A DNA stretch of 51,339 nt from Candidatus Taylorbacteria bacterium RIFCSPHIGHO2_01_FULL_51_15 (lineage in GTDB: Bacteria > Patescibacteriota > Minisyncoccia > Phycocordibacterales > UBA10002), in contig MHRI01000011.1 of NCBI GenBank assembly GCA_001820935.1, positions 2,718 through 54,056 of the forward strand. Direction: 5' to 3'. A model generated the notes under the pieces. That model ran no database searches. It was not told the origin of the DNA and was given only the letters and a program-made list of their open reading frames with translations. The translations under genes were made by a program, and so were the position numbers. This document shows, piece after piece, positions 28,640 to 38,908 of this stretch. The number at the start of each line of letters is the position of its first letter. Within the stretch, counting starts at the first letter, position 1.

Positions 28640-28716
28640 AATCGCGAATTGAAGACGCGAATCGCCCAAATGCGGTATTCGGGCTATTCGAGAGAAAAAT
28701 TCGAGTTTGATTCGGG
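28640..28716. repeat. CGAAT/ATTCG inverted-arm element
   Basis: CGCGAAT units facing ATTCG units; sister copy at 38824-38908. Confidence 0.6.
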
Positions 28717-28719
28717 ATT

Positions 28720-30840
28720 ATGAAGAAACAAGAATTCTCGATTGAGCTTGGTGGAAAAACACTCACCGCCGAGTTTACTGATCTTGCCGAGCAAGCGAAC
28801 GGCTCGGTCATTATGAAATACGGCAACACCACCGCGCTTATCACCGCGACCATGTCTAAAGGAGAGAAGGATATGGATTTCTTTCCTCTCACGGTTGATT
28901 ACGAGGAGAGATTTTACGCGGCAGGTGAAATCTTAGGATCGCGCTTCATCCGCCGCGAGGGAAGACCTACCGACGAGGCGGTGCTCTCGGGGCGCATCGT
29001 GGATCGCACGATTCGCCCGCTTTTCGACCAGCGCATGCGGCGCGATGTACAGGTGGTTATTACGATTCTCTCGATCGATGAGGACGATCCTGACATTCTT
29101 GCGGTCATCGGCGCCTCGCTCGCGCTTGGGACTTCAGATATTCCGTGGAACGGTCCCGTTTCGGCGGTACGCATCGGGAAACTCAAGGACACGAACCATC
29201 TCATCATTAATCCTATTTACAAGGACCGAGCAGAAAACCCCGAATTTGAAATGGATCTCGTGGCTTGTGGCAAGGATGGACTCGTGAATATGATCGAGGT
29301 GGGAGGGAAGGAGGTCCAGGAATCGGTAATCGTCGCCGGACTTGAAGAGGCGGAAAAAGAAATCGAGAAGCTACAGAAATGGCAGAAGGAAATTGTCGCT
29401 AAAATCGGCAAGAAAAAACAAACGGTGACTCTGCCAGAAATTTCTCCAGCATTGAAACAGTTATTTGCGGAGAAGGTTTCCTCGCGCATGAAGGAGTACG
29501 TTTTCGGACAGGCGGGGAACGCGCGTATATATGAACTCAAAGGGGAATGGATGGCTGTTGCCAAAGAACGTTTCCCGAACGAAAAAGCGAGCATCGCCGA
29601 CAACCTCTTTGAAGAGGAGATTAACACTCTCATTCATAACGAGGCGGTAGATAATAACCGTCGGCCAGACGGGCGAGGTATGGACGAGGTGCGGCCACTC
29701 TTCGCGAAGGCAGGCGGCATTTCCAAAATCCTTCATGGTGCCGGCATGTTTTACCGCGGGCAGACTCATATTCTATCGGTGCTGACTCTTGGCGGACCTG
29801 GGGACGCGCAGATTATTGATAACATGGAGATTCAGGAATCGAAGAAGCGATTCTTGCACCACTACAACTTCCCGCCATTTTCGACGGGGGAAACCGGCCG
29901 CATCGGTTCGACGAATCGCCGTATGATCGGCCACGGCGCGCTTGCCGAAAAGGCCCTTATCCCGGTGATACCACCGATGGAAAAGTTTCCTTACACCATC
30001 CGTCTTGTGTCCGAAGCCTTCGCTTCCAACGGCTCCACCTCGATGGGGAGCGTGTGTGGCTCCACGCTTGCGCTCATGGACGGCGGGGTACCTATTACCG
30101 CGCCAGTTGCAGGCATCGCATCCGGTTTAATGATGCGTAGCGCGAAAGAATACAAGGTGCTTACCGACATTCAGGGACCGGAAGACCATCACGGAGATAT
30201 GGACTTTAAGGTGGCTGGAACAAGAACGGGAGTCACGGCGGTACAAATGGATGTGAAGGTAAACGGCGTACCGATCCCAATTCTTTCTGAAGCGTTCGAG
30301 AAAGCGAAACAAGCTCGTTATAAAATTCTGGACGTCATAGAGAAAGAAATCTCGGCTCCTCGACCCGATATTTCTCCCCTTGCTCCCAAGATTGTCACGA
30401 TACGGGTGAAGAAAGACCAAATCGGTCTTGTGATCGGCGGAGGAGGAAAAACGATCAACGGCATTAAAGAAAAGACGGGTGTTGATGCGATAGACATTGA
30501 GGAAGATGGCACGATTTTCATCTCCGGAAGAGAGGGGAGCGCAGATAAGGCCGCGAAAATGATAGAGGAACTCACCCATGAATTTTCTCCCGGTGACCGC
30601 CTCACGGGCACGGTGGTGAAAATAGCCGAGTTTGGTGCCTTCGTGGCGCTAAATGAGAACACCGATGGAATGGTGCACGTGTCCGAAATCGCTCCGTTCC
30701 GCATTGACCGCGTAGAAGCGGTGCTGAAAGTGGGTGACAAGGTGCCGGTGGTGGTAAAGGAAATTGATAAGGAACGCGGGCGCATCAAACTCTCGATTAA
30801 GGACGCGGACCCAAACTTCATTAAGCGCAAGGCCGCTTAG
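28720..30840 (+). CDS. pnp: Polyribonucleotide nucleotidyltransferase
   Basis: FFPLTVDYEER, two RNase PH domains, GDMDFKVAGT, KH and S1. Confidence 0.98.
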   Translation: MKKQEFSIELGGKTLTAEFTDLAEQANGSVIMKYGNTTALITATMSKGEKDMDFFPLTVDYEERFYAAGEILGSRFIRREGRPTDEAVLSGRIVDRTIRPLFDQRMRRDVQVVITILSIDEDDPDILAVIGASLALGTSDIPWNGPVSAVRIGKLKDTNHLIINPIYKDRAENPEFEMDLVACGKDGLVNMIEVGGKEVQESVIVAGLEEAEKEIEKLQKWQKEIVAKIGKKKQTVTLPEISPALKQLFAEKVSSRMKEYVFGQAGNARIYELKGEWMAVAKERFPNEKASIADNLFEEEINTLIHNEAVDNNRRPDGRGMDEVRPLFAKAGGISKILHGAGMFYRGQTHILSVLTLGGPGDAQIIDNMEIQESKKRFLHHYNFPPFSTGETGRIGSTNRRMIGHGALAEKALIPVIPPMEKFPYTIRLVSEAFASNGSTSMGSVCGSTLALMDGGVPITAPVAGIASGLMMRSAKEYKVLTDIQGPEDHHGDMDFKVAGTRTGVTAVQMDVKVNGVPIPILSEAFEKAKQARYKILDVIEKEISAPRPDISPLAPKIVTIRVKKDQIGLVIGGGGKTINGIKEKTGVDAIDIEEDGTIFISGREGSADKAAKMIEELTHEFSPGDRLTGTVVKIAEFGAFVALNENTDGMVHVSEIAPFRIDRVEAVLKVGDKVPVVVKEIDKERGRIKLSIKDADPNFIKRKAA

Positions 30841-30846
30841 TGAAGT

Positions 30847-30985
30847 AAAACCCAAAGCCTGATCCGCCAGCTGGCGGACAAAAAACCAAACAAACATCCC
30901 AAAATCCCAAAACAAAGACGGTTTGTATTTTGGATAATTGTGTTTTGTTTGGTTCTTTGGACGGCCTGTGTTTTGTGTATTCTTT
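30847..30985. repeat. Family A element with inserted 16-bp palindrome
   Basis: CCAAACAAACATCCCAAA arm, TTTGG/TTTGTG arm; TCCGCCAGCTGGCGGA at 30863-30878. Confidence 0.75.
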
Positions 30986-31016
30986 GCCGCAGTCATACTT
31001 GCGATATACTTACCCT

Positions 31017-31973
31017 ATGTCTCCGCAATCTTCAGAGCCGAAACCGCCGAGTGAACTCAAGCGTATTCGAACGTATCAAAGCGACGTCGAGGAGCTCCTG
31101 CAAAAACAGAACGTCTCTAAGGCCTCCATTGCACTTGCGGAAAGTGAGCGGCAGGTGGAAAAACAAAAAAAAGAGGAGGTAAAAAAGACGGAGACCTCTC
31201 CTCGGGAGCCTGATCCGTCAAGGGTGTTCAAGATATCAGGGGAATTGCCGACTGGAACAGGCGTGAATCTCCGCCGCTCCGTCATGGTTTTCGTAGGTCT
31301 CTTCGTGCTCGGGGGAGTAGCGGCTGGAGCGTTCTTCTCTTTTAAAAAAGATGAGTTACCTGTTGGTCCCGCTCCGATAGCGAGAGTCTCCGAGACCCCG
31401 ACCATCGTACTTAGCGGGGGAGAGAAGAGGGCAGGGGCGATTAAGGCGATACAGCAGGGTCTCTCGGCGTTATCGGTTCCGCAAAATGAGCTTCGTCGTG
31501 CTCTGCTACGACGAGGAGAAGCACTGATTACCACACCAGAATTATTCGAGCTCCTTGAAACCGGTGCGTCGCCCGCTCTGATTCGAGCGCTCACAAAATG
31601 GCCTACACTCGGCGTACATGGATTTCAGGGCGGGCAACCGTTTCTCCTCTTTGGCGTCACTTCGTACGACCATGCGTTTGCCGGTATGCTCGCGTGGGAG
31701 CAAAGACTAGTTGCCGACATTGCCCCTCTCTTTGGAGTGTCTATAAGAGAAGTGCTCGCAAATGTGGGCAGCACGACTGCGGAGGCGCTGCAGAACACCA
31801 TAGAGATAAAAGATGTCATTATCCGCAACAAGGATGGCCGCGCGGTATTTGGTCCTGGAGGGGATATACTCTTTGTGTACTCTTTTGTAGATAAGGAAAC
31901 GCTTGTACTCACGACAGGGGAGGACACCATGCGAGCCTTGATTAGCAAAGCGGGAGGAGGTCAACTCAAATGA
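31017..31973 (+). CDS. Conserved hypothetical single-TM protein
   Basis: IRTYQSDV, TM helix, YDHAFAGMLAWE, DVIIRNKD.R, LFVYSFVD; TATACT 6 nt before ATG 31017. Confidence 0.85.
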   Translation: MSPQSSEPKPPSELKRIRTYQSDVEELLQKQNVSKASIALAESERQVEKQKKEEVKKTETSPREPDPSRVFKISGELPTGTGVNLRRSVMVFVGLFVLGGVAAGAFFSFKKDELPVGPAPIARVSETPTIVLSGGEKRAGAIKAIQQGLSALSVPQNELRRALLRRGEALITTPELFELLETGASPALIRALTKWPTLGVHGFQGGQPFLLFGVTSYDHAFAGMLAWEQRLVADIAPLFGVSIREVLANVGSTTAEALQNTIEIKDVIIRNKDGRAVFGPGGDILFVYSFVDKETLVLTTGEDTMRALISKAGGGQLK

Positions 31974-32075
31974 AATATGAAGTATGGGATATGGAATATT
32001 AAAGAGGTTCGATTAGGTATTACATATTCCATACTTCATATCCCATATTTCATATTCCATGCTCCATATTTCATT
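31971..32075. repeat. TATGAAG-type heptamer inverted-arm element
   Basis: TATGAAG-TATGGGA-TATGGAA facing TTCCATA-CTTCATA-TCCCATA-TTTCATA; relatives at 36446-36545 and 51305-51325. Confidence 0.75.
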
Positions 32076-32095
32076 TGATATGGTATACTGCTTTT

Positions 32096-32452
32096 ATGAC
32101 GATAGATACCAACGTATTTCAAAAGAAATTGCTCGCGGAGAAAGAGCTGGTGGAAAAAGAGCTGGCGACCGTTGGCCGGCGTAATCCGCAAAACGCCGCG
32201 GATTGGGAGCCGATCTCCGGAGTGATGGAGCGGCCGGCGGAGCGCGATGAGGTGGCTGATAAACTTGAATCTTTTGAAGAGAATGTGGCGATCGTGCGCC
32301 AGCTTGAACTTCGTCTTGCGGAAATTCAAAATGCGCTCGAGCGAGTGCAAGGTGGAACATACGGAACTTGTAGTGTGTGTGGTAAGGAGATAGAAACGGC
32401 ACGCCTTGAAGCGAATCCTGCGGCAGCGACGTGCAAGCAACACTTAAAGTAA
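32096..32452 (+). CDS. TraR/DksA C4-type zinc finger protein
   Basis: Coiled coil, ALERV..GTYGTCSVCG..I...RLEANPAAATCKQH. Confidence 0.88.
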   Translation: MTIDTNVFQKKLLAEKELVEKELATVGRRNPQNAADWEPISGVMERPAERDEVADKLESFEENVAIVRQLELRLAEIQNALERVQGGTYGTCSVCGKEIETARLEANPAAATCKQHLK

Positions 32453-32455
32453 TTA

Positions 32456-32578
32456 TCGAATACCAAATTTCGAATCTTGAAAAATGTTTAAACGCGGGCA
32501 ACCAGGAATAATAACTTATTCTCTTTATTGGGTATTCGATATTTTTAGACATTAGATATTCGAAATTCGATATTTCTC
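32456..32578. repeat. TCGAA-type heptamer inverted-arm element
   Basis: ATCGAATACCAAATTTCGAATCTTGAAA facing TATTCGAAATTCGATATTT; sister copy at 36601-36780. Confidence 0.75.
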
Positions 32579-32582
32579 TTCC

Positions 32583-34157
32583 ATGAGTTTCGCCTCCGTT
32601 TCCAGCGCCCAGGTGCACCTCTTAAGCACCTATCTCGTGCGCGTTGAAGTGGATCTCTCGAAAGGCCTGAACGCCTTTTCTATCGTCGGGTTGCCTGACA
32701 AAGCGGTGGAGGAAGCGAAAGATCGCATTGCCGCCGCGATCAAAAACACCGGCTTTAAATCCCCGAAGCAGAAAAATCACAAAATAGTTATTTCACTTGC
32801 GCCGGCGGATGTGAGGAAGGAGGGACCAAGTTTCGATCTGCCGATGGCTATTGGATACCTCATCGCCTCTAAATGCCTACCAGCAGACGTGAAGGAAAAA
32901 CTGTTTGTAGGCGAGCTCTCACTCGACGGTATGGTACAGCCAATTGACGGCGTGCTTCCCATCGTCCAAGAAGCGAAGCGGGCAGGCTTCAGGGAAATAT
33001 ATGTACCCAAAGAGAACGCAAAGGAAGCGGCGCTCATCGGTGAGATTGATGTGTACGGTGTAAAGAATTTGTGGGAACTTGTTGCCCACCTTACTAAGAA
33101 AGATATTTTACCAGACGAGAATTGTCCCTTTATACAAAAAAAGAGGATGAGTCCGGTGCCGCAAACCGCGTTTGAAGTCGGTACGCGAGAGTATCAAGTT
33201 GATTTTGCCGATGTGAAGGGTCAGCGCACCGCGAAGCGCGGTTTAGAGATTGCCGCGGCTGGAGGACACAATATCGCCATGTGGGGCCCCCCTGGTACCG
33301 GAAAGACACTGCTCGCGAAAGCGTTCATCTCCATCCTCCCGCCGCTCGATATTGAGGAGGCGCTTGAGGTTACGGGGATTCATTCGGTCGCGGGAGCGCT
33401 CCATGAGCCCCTCATCACGTACCCGCCTTTCCGCGCTCCGCATCATACTGCTTCTTACATCGCGCTTGTCGGAGGGGGTTCAGTGCCTAAGCCCGGTGAG
33501 ATCACGCTCGCGCACCGAGGAGTGCTCTTTCTTGATGAATTTCCAGAATTCGAGCGGCGCGTGATTGACGCGCTTAGGCAGCCGCTTGAGGATCGGATTG
33601 TAAGCGTGTCCCGAGTGAAAGGTTCAGCCCAATTCCCGGCACACTTCACCCTTATCACGGCCATGAATCCTTGCCCGTGCGGAAACAACGGGGTAAAGGG
33701 GAAGCAGTGCACCTGCGCGCAGCATCAGATTGACAGATACAAGCGAAAAATCTCCGGCCCTATCGTGGATCGCATAGATTTGTGGACGGAGGTTTCGATT
33801 GTCGAACATGAAAAGTTGACCGAAGGACGCGGGAGTGAAAAGACGAGCGAAGAAATACGCAGGAAGGTGGAAGCCGCTCGCAAAAAAGCCGAAGAACGGT
33901 ACCACACGCTAAAACTCCCGTTCAAGACAAACAGCGAAGTGGGAGCGCGCGATATCGGAGCGGCAATCCCTCTTAGCGACGAAGTAAAAAAGACATTGAA
34001 TCTTGCCGCGAAAAAGCACGACCTTTCTGCGCGCTCGTATCATCGACTGATCAAACTCGCTCGAACTGTCGCCGACCTCGAGGGCCACGATGAGGTGGCG
34101 GTGGATGATCTTATGGAAGCACTCACATATCGACCGAAACAACTCTCAAATAGTTAG
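32583..34157 (+). CDS. comM: ComM/YifB Mg-chelatase-like AAA+ ATPase
   Basis: IVGLPD, KEGPSFDLP, GPPGTGKT, FRAPHH, PGEITLAHRGVLFLDE, MNPCPCG, SGPIVDRID, ARTVADL. Confidence 0.95.
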   Translation: MSFASVSSAQVHLLSTYLVRVEVDLSKGLNAFSIVGLPDKAVEEAKDRIAAAIKNTGFKSPKQKNHKIVISLAPADVRKEGPSFDLPMAIGYLIASKCLPADVKEKLFVGELSLDGMVQPIDGVLPIVQEAKRAGFREIYVPKENAKEAALIGEIDVYGVKNLWELVAHLTKKDILPDENCPFIQKKRMSPVPQTAFEVGTREYQVDFADVKGQRTAKRGLEIAAAGGHNIAMWGPPGTGKTLLAKAFISILPPLDIEEALEVTGIHSVAGALHEPLITYPPFRAPHHTASYIALVGGGSVPKPGEITLAHRGVLFLDEFPEFERRVIDALRQPLEDRIVSVSRVKGSAQFPAHFTLITAMNPCPCGNNGVKGKQCTCAQHQIDRYKRKISGPIVDRIDLWTEVSIVEHEKLTEGRGSEKTSEEIRRKVEAARKKAEERYHTLKLPFKTNSEVGARDIGAAIPLSDEVKKTLNLAAKKHDLSARSYHRLIKLARTVADLEGHDEVAVDDLMEALTYRPKQLSNS

Positions 34158-34255
34158 TAGAAGGTAGCTAGTAGTAAGTAGTTTATCGGAAAAGAAAAAC
34201 CGCAACGAGGCCAAGTCGCTGCGGGTGAAATTGTACTCTCTCGATGCTTTCTGAC

Positions 34256-34888
34256 TTACAGGAAGGGCGAGACGAGGATTCGTAACCCAAACCCGATAAG
34301 AACTATCCCAAATACTCGAGCCAAGTAGTGCAACTTCGAAGTGAAGCGAGTCTTGACGAGTGGACTTGAGAGCAGAAAGGCAACAAAGGCAAACCACACA
34401 ATGTCGACCAGTGACATCCACACCCCGTACAGCACCTTAATGATGATTGGTGTCGCACCAACTACCTGTGTGAACAGAGCAAAAACGAACAGGTAGGCTT
34501 TCGGATTGCCCATCATGTTAATAAAGCCTTCACGGAACGCGGTGCACGCGGTTGAAACTCTCGCTGAATGAGCAACCTCCGCGTCCACATCATAAGGTTT
34601 CGTCTTGAGAGCTTTGAAGCCAACGTAGATAAGATAGCTTGCGCCCAGAAACTGTAGCGCAAGATACAAGGTGGGTACTCTCACCACAAATCCGCTTAGC
34701 CCCAAAATCGCAAAGCTTACGTGCAGGAACGAACCGACAGCGATTCCGAATACGCAGTATAATGTAAGTCGAAACTGCATGGTCACACTGTTTTTGGCAA
34801 CGAGCGTAAGGTTCGGCCCAGGGCTTATCACCACAGCGATGTGCAGAGCGGCCAACATAAGAAACTCCGACAAATAGGGGATAGTCAT
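34256..34888 (-). CDS. LysE/RhtB family exporter
   Basis: ISPGPN, GASYLIYVG, FREGF...NPKA; multiple TM helices. Confidence 0.92.
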   Translation of the reverse strand: MTIPYLSEFLMLAALHIAVVISPGPNLTLVAKNSVTMQFRLTLYCVFGIAVGSFLHVSFAILGLSGFVVRVPTLYLALQFLGASYLIYVGFKALKTKPYDVDAEVAHSARVSTACTAFREGFINMMGNPKAYLFVFALFTQVVGATPIIIKVLYGVWMSLVDIVWFAFVAFLLSSPLVKTRFTSKLHYLARVFGIVLIGFGLRILVSPFL

Positions 34889-35056
34889 AAGTCGTTCATT
34901 GATGGAAGGAACTGTTTTGACTCCAGGATACTGCCATACAATGTGCTGAAAGTCAATGTGCCGTGGTAATATATGGAAAAAGACCGCACGGTCAGTGCGG
35001 CTTTTTAGGTCTACTAACTGCTCCCCCAGCTGGCGGGCTACTAGCTACTTACTTCT

Positions 35057-36055
35057 TTAGAAGGGATTTTTTGCTCCGCGGACCTCGAAGTGGAGGTGCG
35101 TACCGGTCGAGCGACCCGTCGACCCCATGTAGCCGATGATTTCGCCTCGAGTCACCGTATTTCCGACCAAAACCGCGAGAGTTGAAAGGTGGCCGTAGAG
35201 CGTTTGCGTGCCGTTTTGGTGATTGACGACAATGTAATTTCCGTATCCTCCATTCCATCCAGACGAGCGTGCGATAATCACCTCACCGGAGGCTGAAGCG
35301 AGAACGGGTGCTCCCGAATAGCTTGCGATATCAATACCGTTATAGCCGTGAAGTCCTTGTGTTTTCTTGCCACCGATAACCGGGCGGAGGTAGTAGCCTT
35401 CATAGCTCGGGCCAGCAGTACCCCGAAGTGTCGCCGGGCGGCCCGCCAATGAAGCGCTTGGGGGAGCGGCGATTTCGCCGTCAGGCACGAGCACAATATC
35501 GCCAATCGAAAGTCTCGCATTCTCGGTAAGGTGGTTGTATTGAGATATTTCAGTCACATCGGCTTTGTATTTCTTGGCGATGCTTTGCAGTGTGTCGCCT
35601 TTCACGACAGTATGGCGAACGCCGGAGATGGGGAGAATGATGAGCGTCTGACCAGGGCGGATCATGCCGCGACTTATGTCGTTGGCCCAACTGATCGTAT
35701 TCGTGGTCACCCCAAACATCTTCGCAATCGCGCTTAGGGTATCTCCTTCGCGCACGACATAGGTGCTGATGGCCCCGCTCTGATTTTCTTCAATATCCGC
35801 AAGGGTGCCTTCAGGGCCGATTTCGGCAAAAAGCGCCACCCCTCCTACGATGGTAATGTCGCCACCACCCTTTCCTGGATTCGGGTCAAGATTCCGAGCC
35901 GCAACAAGAAGGCCAACGTTTTGGGAATTGACCGGAGAGGAGGTGGTTTCGGCTTTCGCTTCTTCCGTGAAGAGATTAGTGACGAAAGAAACCACACCAG
36001 CGTGAAGATTCTGCGGTGGGAACATAACATAGAAGCTCCACGCCAAAAGCCACAC
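35057..36055 (-). CDS. LysM x2 plus M23 peptidase (start uncertain)
   Basis: YVVREGDTLSAIA, HTVVKGDTLQSIA, HGYNGID, YGHLS, STGTHLHFEV. Confidence 0.92.
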   Translation of the reverse strand: MWLLAWSFYVMFPPQNLHAGVVSFVTNLFTEEAKAETTSSPVNSQNVGLLVAARNLDPNPGKGGGDITIVGGVALFAEIGPEGTLADIEENQSGAISTYVVREGDTLSAIAKMFGVTTNTISWANDISRGMIRPGQTLIILPISGVRHTVVKGDTLQSIAKKYKADVTEISQYNHLTENARLSIGDIVLVPDGEIAAPPSASLAGRPATLRGTAGPSYEGYYLRPVIGGKKTQGLHGYNGIDIASYSGAPVLASASGEVIIARSSGWNGGYGNYIVVNHQNGTQTLYGHLSTLAVLVGNTVTRGEIIGYMGSTGRSTGTHLHFEVRGAKNPF

Positions 36056-36385
36056 CGCCCCATAACCTACAAGGCGGGTCTTTCGGGTTGCCCTACGGCA
36101 AAAAAGAGGTGTTCTGGAGGCCTCTTTGCCCCCACTGGCAAAAGAATTGTGAGTTGGTTGTGAGATAAGCGAGGGGCCGAAAAAGGAGAACTTGTGAGAA
36201 TCAACCGTGCTCTCAAAAGACAGAAACCCTACGAGGTGTTACATGGGTTGCTGTGATTCTGGCTCTGCACTGATTAGATTGCTTTTAAAGCTCTGCTCTC
36301 GGTGGTCATTTCTGTCGTGAATCTTCCGAAAAAAGGCCTTGTAAGGCCATTTTTGACTTACCGTACGGCACTCCTGTACCCTCCT

Positions 36386-36439
36386 ACAATAGCCGATGGG
36401 GCACTCTAAGTCAACCGAGCAATCCACCCCTGTGGATAA
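36386..36439 (-). promoter_or_regulatory. Promoter with upstream DnaA box
   Basis: Minus-strand TTGACT-N17-TATTGT (36386-36414); TTATCCACA at 36431-36439. Confidence 0.6.
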
Positions 36440-36600
36440 CGAAAAGAGATGAAATATGAAACATGAAATATGAACTATTAGATATAGGTGATTGAGAAGA
36501 CAAGCGATTTATTATTCCATAGTACATATTACATAATTCATCCATACATTATGGTTCTAGGAGTCCTGAGGCTTTGCGAAGGGCAACGAAAACGAAGCCT

Positions 36601-36780
36601 AAATATCGAATCTCGAATACCTAATCTTGAAAAAATCTGAATACAAAATACTAAACAAAATCCTCCGTCTCGAAGACTCGACCACCCTCCTTTAGAAAAG
36701 GAGGAATTCAGAAATATGTTTGTAGTTTCTTCTTTTCTATTGAGTTTTTTCGAAATTCGAAATTCGGTATTCGATATTTT
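36601..36780. repeat. TCGAA-type inverted arms with a nested G/C-rich element
   Basis: AAATATCGAATCTCGAATACC / TTCGAAATTCGGTATTCGATATTT; the loop contains CCTCCTTTAGAAAAGGAGG (36661-36707). Confidence 0.75.
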
Positions 36781-36803
36781 TTTTGTGCTATAGTGTCCAC
36801 GCT

Positions 36804-38822
36804 ATGTTGCATCTTGAAGGACTGAATGAGCGACAGCAAACAGCCGTGCGGCACAAAGACGGACCGCTTCTCATCGTCGCGGGAGCCGGAGCGGGGAAAA
36901 CTCGGGTCATCACCCACCGAATTCTGCATCTCATTAAGGAAGGCATCGCGCCGGAGTCTATCCTGGCGATTACCTTTACGAATAAGGCGGCTAAAGAGAT
37001 GAAGGATCGCGTTGAAAAGCTTCTGGCTTCCCGCCTTCAGCTTTCGGAAGCTCTGTCTGTACGAACCAGAGGCCGTGATCTTGAGGCTAAACATTTCCCC
37101 TGGCTGGGCACGTTCCATGCGCTCGGCGTCCACATTATCCGTGAGAATAGCGATCGGCTCTCGCTCCCTAAGCGATTTGCTATTTTTGACCGCAGTGATT
37201 CACTCGCCGCGATCAGGGAAGCGGTCAAAGAGAGCGAGCTTGACCCGAAACAGTTTGAACCGGGTAAAATACTCGCGGCTATCAGCCGCGAGAAGGGGAA
37301 AATGATGACGCTTCAAGAATTCACGGTTCACTCGGAAGGAGAGTATTTCCCGAGCATTATCGCCAGTGTGTGGCAAAAGTACGAAGCAACTCTCAAAAAG
37401 GAGAGAGCGCTTGATTTTGACGATCTCCTGCTTAAAACAGCGCTGCTTCTCCAATCGGAAGAGGAGATACGGAAGCATTACGGACGGCGGTGGCAGTACA
37501 TCCATATTGACGAGTACCAAGACACGAATCACGTGCAGTATATGATCACGAAACTCCTCGCAAAAGAACATACAAACATCGCGGTAGTGGGCGACATTGA
37601 CCAAAATATCTACAGCTGGCGCGGGGCGAGTATCAAGAATATTCTCAATTTCGAGAAAGATTACCCTACCGCGAAAGTGGTGCTTCTGGAAGAAAATTAT
37701 CGATCAACGCAGACGATCCTCACGGTCGCCAACCGTATCATCTCGAAGAATAAAATGCGCCGCGAGAAAACGCTGTTTACCAAAAATCACGAGGGAGAGA
37801 AGGTTGGCCTTTTCACCGCGTATGACGAAGCTGGGGAGGCTTCATTCATCGCCGGACGCGCAAAACAGCTTATCGCCGGAGGGGTTTCGCCTGCGGGGAT
37901 CGCCGTGCTCTTTCGCGCGAACTTTCAAAGTCGAGTGCTTGAGGAAGCTTTTCTGCGCGAAGACGTTCCCTATCAGGTGCTGGGGGTTCGCTTCTTTGAG
38001 CGTAAGGAGGTCAAAGATGTGCTTGCCTACGTGCGAGCCGCCCAAACCGCTTTTGCCTCGCAAAACTTGAACGAGCAGGCTCTCAATCTAAGCGGGGGTT
38101 TTTCTGATGTGCGTCGCATTATCAATGTGCCACCGCGTGGAATCGGAAAGGTAACGCTCCTAAAGATCCTTGCCGGAAAGGAGAGTGAACTCCCGCCCGC
38201 GATGCAGGGCAAGTTCACCGCATTCAAAAAACTCCTCCTTGAGCTGCGCGTGAAGCTGCATAATGTGCCGCTTTCCGAAGCGATCAAGTGGATTGTGAGC
38301 GAAAGTGGACTTGAAACCGAGCTTAAAAAAGGAGGGAGCGAGGACGAAGAGCGTCTTGAAAACATAAAAGAGCTTGTGACCTTCGCGACAAGGTATGACA
38401 CCCTTCTTCCGAATAACTCGCGCGAGGAAGCGCTCGATGCGTTTCTCGCCGATGTGGCGCTTCAGAGCGATCAAGATGAGCTTAAGGACGACATGCCAAG
38501 CGTGAAGCTCATGACGGTGCATGCCTCCAAAGGTCTTGAGTTCGACTACGTCTTCATTGGTGGGCTCGAAGAGGGCCTCTTCCCTCATGAGCGGCTGTCT
38601 GAAACTCAAAGCGAAGGTGATGCTGAAGAAGAGCGTCGCCTCTTCTATGTCGCTCTTACCCGGGCCAAGAAAAAAGTGTTTCTCTCCTACGCGGGGGTGC
38701 GCACGATCTTCGGCTCACGGCAGGTGACGGTACCTTCAGAATTCATCTTCGACATCGATGAGGAATTTCTAGAAGCCGAGAATTATGTGGAGGGCGGAGG
38801 GAAGATCATCTATTTGGATTAG
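36804..38822 (+). CDS. pcrA: UvrD/PcrA ATP-dependent DNA helicase
   Basis: AGAGAGKT, TFTNKAA, DEYQDTN, VGDIDQNIYSWRGA, NYRST, TVHASKGLEF, EERRLFYVA. Confidence 0.97.
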   Translation: MLHLEGLNERQQTAVRHKDGPLLIVAGAGAGKTRVITHRILHLIKEGIAPESILAITFTNKAAKEMKDRVEKLLASRLQLSEALSVRTRGRDLEAKHFPWLGTFHALGVHIIRENSDRLSLPKRFAIFDRSDSLAAIREAVKESELDPKQFEPGKILAAISREKGKMMTLQEFTVHSEGEYFPSIIASVWQKYEATLKKERALDFDDLLLKTALLLQSEEEIRKHYGRRWQYIHIDEYQDTNHVQYMITKLLAKEHTNIAVVGDIDQNIYSWRGASIKNILNFEKDYPTAKVVLLEENYRSTQTILTVANRIISKNKMRREKTLFTKNHEGEKVGLFTAYDEAGEASFIAGRAKQLIAGGVSPAGIAVLFRANFQSRVLEEAFLREDVPYQVLGVRFFERKEVKDVLAYVRAAQTAFASQNLNEQALNLSGGFSDVRRIINVPPRGIGKVTLLKILAGKESELPPAMQGKFTAFKKLLLELRVKLHNVPLSEAIKWIVSESGLETELKKGGSEDEERLENIKELVTFATRYDTLLPNNSREEALDAFLADVALQSDQDELKDDMPSVKLMTVHASKGLEFDYVFIGGLEEGLFPHERLSETQSEGDAEEERRLFYVALTRAKKKVFLSYAGVRTIFGSRQVTVPSEFIFDIDEEFLEAENYVEGGGKIIYLD

Positions 38823-38908
38823 TCACGAATCAAACGCGAATCGTTCACTTGAATCACGCGAAAGGGATTAGCGATATTCGCGACAGAAATTCGAGTATGA
38901 TTAGAGAT

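Noticed and set aside
31971..32075. Heptamer arrays as CRISPR
   Set aside because: No constant 25-40-bp repeats with unique spacers and no cas genes in the window.
36200..36385. c-di-AMP or other known riboswitch before the M23 gene
   Set aside because: I could not find the conserved motifs.
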